DNA of 64,000 bases. Origin: Bacillota bacterium. GTDB taxonomy: Bacteria; Bacillota; SHA-98; Ch115. Made by a program: the position numbers and the translations under genes. The DNA lies in contig JABLXA010000005.1 in assembly GCA_013178415.1 (NCBI GenBank), forward strand, positions 71,369 through 135,368, in the 5' to 3' direction. Positions 61,004 to 64,000 of the stretch are shown here, piece after piece (position 1 is the stretch's first letter; every line of letters starts with the position of its first letter). A model generated the notes under the pieces. The model was not told where the DNA came from, ran no database searches, and worked only from the letters and a program-made list of their open reading frames with translations.

Positions 61004-61586
61004 CAGGCCTCACCTCACCTGACAGGAGATTCACCAGTTCTGACGCAAAATCGCTCATGTCCCTCGCTCGTCGATCTATCATCCCGGAGATCCAGGTATG
61101 AAGAAGGACGGTCGGAGCTGCTATCATGAGACCGGCCGCTGTCGTTATCAAAGCTTCTGCGATCCCTGCGCTCAGGGCAGCAGGTTCAAGTAGATGAGCC
61201 TGAGTCGAAAGGACTTTGAATGAATCTATTATGCCAAGGACAGTTCCGAGGATTCCGAAGAGCGGGGCCACCGCGGCAATGGCTTCAAGCCACGACAGCC
61301 CGCGTTCCATCAAGTATATCTCCCTTTCTCCAGCGGAACGCAGCTGCTCCTCGATTTCTGATCTGGGTTTGCCATACATCATCAAGCCGGTGGTCATGAG
61401 AGCACCCATCTGGCCCCTGAACTGCTCGACTGCCGCTATTGCGTCACCGATCTTTCCATGCTCAAGGGCGATCGTCACTGCCCTCAGGGCACGATCTGGA
61501 TCTGATCTTGTGCGAATTAAGTAGTAGAGTCTTTCGAGAGTGATAGCAACGGCGAAAATAGAGCATAAAAGCAGCGGGACCATCAT
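60963..61586 (-). CDS. exbB: MotA/TolQ/ExbB proton-channel protein
   Basis: Three TM helices and the TolQ/ExbB C-terminal region. The start MMVPLLLCSIFAVAITLERL at 61586 follows GGGTGGA. The track ORF (to 61754) runs through an upstream TATAAT. Confidence 0.75.
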   Translation of the reverse strand: MMVPLLLCSIFAVAITLERLYYLIRTRSDPDRALRAVTIALEHGKIGDAIAAVEQFRGQMGALMTTGLMMYGKPRSEIEEQLRSAGEREIYLMERGLSWLEAIAAVAPLFGILGTVLGIIDSFKVLSTQAHLLEPAALSAGIAEALITTAAGLMIAAPTVLLHTWISGMIDRRARDMSDFASELVNLLSGEVRPVEVSTKQAQAAGH

Positions 61587-61779
61587 GGGTCCACCCATAA
61601 TCAAAATATCCACCATATTATACATAGCATGATGCCGCAAAGGTACATGCCCCCACCTGCATGGCGACAACCGGAGCCGAATGGGGCAGCGGCCTATCTC
61701 CCCCCTCATTGACTTTCTTCGACACCCTGTCCCAAGTTCCTGCAAAAATACCAAGCTTAATAGCCAGTGGTAAACTTTT

Positions 61780-63123
61780 CTAATCTATGACCTCGCCTAT
61801 GAGGTCATAATCACTTGAGTCGATGATCTTCACTGTCCGGAAGGTGCCTGGAGCCAGGGTCGCATCGCCGATGAATATGGAGCCGTCGATTTCAGGAGCC
61901 TCTTTCTGGGAGCGCCCGCGAGACACAAGTTCACTTTCCTCGGACAAGCCTTCGATAAGAACCCTCGTCACCTCTCCGATCCTTTCCCTGAGCCTCTCCC
62001 GCGAGATTCTCTGCTGCAGGAGCATGGCCTGGTGATACCTGTCTTCCGCTACATCTTGAGGCACCTTACCCGGAAGGTTTTCGGCAGGACTCCCCTCCTC
62101 TTCAGAATAGACAAAAATGCCAACGCGGTCCAACCTCATGTCCTCCAGGAAATGAAGCAGATTGTCGAAAGCTTCCTTGATCTCCCCGGGAAACCCTACA
62201 ATGAAGGTACTTCTTATGCATACCCCTGGAATCTGCTCCCTCAGCCTCTGAATGAGTTCACGGGCATCTCGGCATGTATTGCGCCGTCCCATGAGCCTCA
62301 AAATGCCGTCATCCGCATGTTGCAAAGGCACATCAAAATATTTGCAGACCTTCGGCTCACTGGCTACCACTGAAATGAGCTCATCAGTTATGCGAGTTGG
62401 ATAGGTATAAAGAAATCTCACCCATTCCACACCATTGATGGAGGCGAGATCCCGCAAAAGCTCCGCCAGTGCCCACCGGCCATATAGGTCTTCGCCGTAA
62501 CGGGTAGTATCCTGAGCCACAAGCACTAATTCTTTGACTCCATTCGAGACGAGCCGTTGGGCTTCCATTACAATAGATTCGATGGCCCTGCTACGAAATC
62601 GTCCTCTTATGGAGGGAATGACACAATAAGAGCAGCGATTATCGCAGCCCTCAGCGATCTTGATGTAAGCAGTGTATGGAGGGGTCAACAAAAGACGCGG
62701 TGTCTCATGCCCATAAATATAACGAGGCTCGGGGATCTGGATGGGCTTCTCTACCCGGCCCTGCTCAAGGATCTCTCTTATGACGCGGACTATCGCCGGA
62801 ATCTGGTCCGGCCCTAGGAAAGCGTCCACCTCCGGCATCTCTTTCGCCAGCTCATCGGCATAACGCTGCGGCAGGCACCCGGTCATTATAAGGGCTTTGA
62901 GTTTTCCTGCATTTTTGAGCTCCGCGAGTTTTAATGTCTCGCCGATTGATTCCTCCTTCGCAGGCAAGATGAACCCGCAAGTATTGACTATAGCGATATC
63001 AGCCTCTTCTCCCTCCGGAACTATCTCAAATCCTGCCTCCTTGAGCATACCCAGCATTACCTCTGAATCAACCAGATTTTTGGCGCATCCGAGGGAGACG
63101 AGTCCGATTCTTACTGCGCTCAA
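61780..63123 (-). CDS. rimO: ribosomal protein S12 methylthiotransferase RimO
   Basis: VSLGCAKNLVDSE MTTase N-domain, radical-SAM CDNRCSYC motif, C-terminal TRAM domain. Confidence 0.8.
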   Translation of the reverse strand: MSAVRIGLVSLGCAKNLVDSEVMLGMLKEAGFEIVPEGEEADIAIVNTCGFILPAKEESIGETLKLAELKNAGKLKALIMTGCLPQRYADELAKEMPEVDAFLGPDQIPAIVRVIREILEQGRVEKPIQIPEPRYIYGHETPRLLLTPPYTAYIKIAEGCDNRCSYCVIPSIRGRFRSRAIESIVMEAQRLVSNGVKELVLVAQDTTRYGEDLYGRWALAELLRDLASINGVEWVRFLYTYPTRITDELISVVASEPKVCKYFDVPLQHADDGILRLMGRRNTCRDARELIQRLREQIPGVCIRSTFIVGFPGEIKEAFDNLLHFLEDMRLDRVGIFVYSEEEGSPAENLPGKVPQDVAEDRYHQAMLLQQRISRERLRERIGEVTRVLIEGLSEESELVSRGRSQKEAPEIDGSIFIGDATLAPGTFRTVKIIDSSDYDLIGEVID

Positions 63124-64000
63124 AGGGTTCCAATCCTTCCAAGAATGGTGGCCCGGGCCGCGGTGGAGGCGATCCCGCGCGGGCGATCAAAGGTGACCCC
63201 ACAGCCGATCCCGGACCATGCAGCATCATCTTGAAACGCAATCCTTGCCCCGGGACCGGATATCACCGCAAGGGCTTGTTTCTTGATTTGGAAATGAAAT
63301 CTTGAGGTCGAGGCTATCTCTCCGTCCATATGGAGATATATCGGACGATCGGCTTCTATCATGACCTCGCTGGCCCTATAGATCTTCACCTTCGGCACTT
63401 TGACGTGGGTCCCAGTGAAGACCTTGGGAAGGGCGAAAAGCGTCTCCAATGATCTCATCTTTTCTATAACACACACCTCGAACATCCCGTCATCCATGAT
63501 GGCATCCGGCGTAATCTTCATACCGCCCCCATACGTAGGGGCATTGGTCACGGCAACCAGGAGGGATTCCAGGGATAACTCCTTATGATCAAGTTTGACT
63601 TTTATGCGGGGAGCCTTATATGTGAAAAGAACCCTTAGCAATGCAAGGACATAAACCACAGGGCCACGAAGGAGCGGAATGCTCTGGTTGGCCTGCCGCG
63701 CAACTGTGGCATCAAAGCCCACTCCAACAGAACTCACGAAAAATCGATCCAATACCCTTCCAACATCCAGGTGCGCTATGCGGCCTGTCATGAGCAGTTG
63801 GCACGCTTTTGCGGGGTCGCGCGGGATATCGAGGCCTATGGAGAAATCATTGCCTGTCCCACAAGGAATGACTCCAAGGATCACATTAGATCCAATGATG
63901 CCATTGGCCACTTCGTTGACTGTGCCGTCTCCCCCCGCTGCCACAACAACATCATAGCCAGATGATACAGCCTCAGAAGCAAGCCTGGTGGCATCGCCAG
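63120..64000 (-). CDS. diacylglycerol/lipid kinase (DAGK_cat, YegS/DgkA-like), N-terminally truncated by the window edge
   Basis: GGDGTVNEVANG catalytic-domain motif. The reading frame stays open upstream of the GTG at 63944 (...GYDVVVAAGGDGTV), so the gene continues past position 64000. Confidence 0.75.
   Translation of the reverse strand, partial: GDATRLASEAVSSGYDVVVAAGGDGTVNEVANGIIGSNVILGVIPCGTGNDFSIGLDIPRDPAKACQLLMTGRIAHLDVGRVLDRFFVSSVGVGFDATVARQANQSIPLLRGPVVYVLALLRVLFTYKAPRIKVKLDHKELSLESLLVAVTNAPTYGGGMKITPDAIMDDGMFEVCVIEKMRSLETLFALPKVFTGTHVKVPKVKIYRASEVMIEADRPIYLHMDGEIASTSRFHFQIKKQALAVISGPGARIAFQDDAAWSGIGCGVTFDRPRGIASTAARATILGRIGTL

Overview
This is a 64 kb chromosomal window from an endospore-forming Firmicute (Clostridia-like, roughly 55% GC by eye). 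63 of 64 confident genes lie on the minus strand. No rRNA, tRNA, CRISPR array, IS element or prophage signature was seen; everything here comes from manual translation and motif reading.

Contents from left to right:
- a pyrimidine block (pyrK partial, pyrC, pyrB, a PyrR attenuator, pyrR), then plsY, rluD, lgt, lspA and a ylyA-like DksA/TraR protein
- the ylm/sepF cell-division cluster (S4-domain protein, sepF, yggS/ylmE, an orphan HlyD-like protein, nrdR, ylmC)
- the sporulation sigma locus spoIIGA-sigE-sigG-spoIIR, followed by ftsZ-ftsA-sbp-DUF881-ftsQ
- a complete dcw cluster (murA, murB, murC, murG, ftsW/spoVE, mraY, murF, murE, spoVD-like PBP with PASTA domains, ftsL, rsmH, mraZ) that notably lacks murD
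- a GNAT gene, spoVS, ymdB, an unknown gene, rny, recX, recA (with a LexA box), thpR, a membrane metallophosphoesterase, cinA, a short FtsH-like protease plus an unknown partner
- rpe, rsgA and prkC

Two regions depart from the Bacillus paradigm:
(i) An Actinobacteria-style fhaA-fhaB-PP2C-(SEDS glycosyltransferase fused in-frame to a class-B PBP)-PASTA kinase cluster sits in the rlmN-prpC-prkC operon.
(ii) A five-gene operon, exbB-exbD-tonB plus a large secreted beta-sandwich/cohesin-like protein plus a Thermotoga Omp-alpha-like protein (SLH domain, about 380 aa of coiled coil, C-terminal membrane anchor). It implies a TonB-energised, envelope-spanning system, possibly an outer-membrane or toga-like layer, in a sporulating lineage.

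An imperfect tandem-repeat island sits where the histidine-phosphatase gene and the Omp-alpha-like gene converge.
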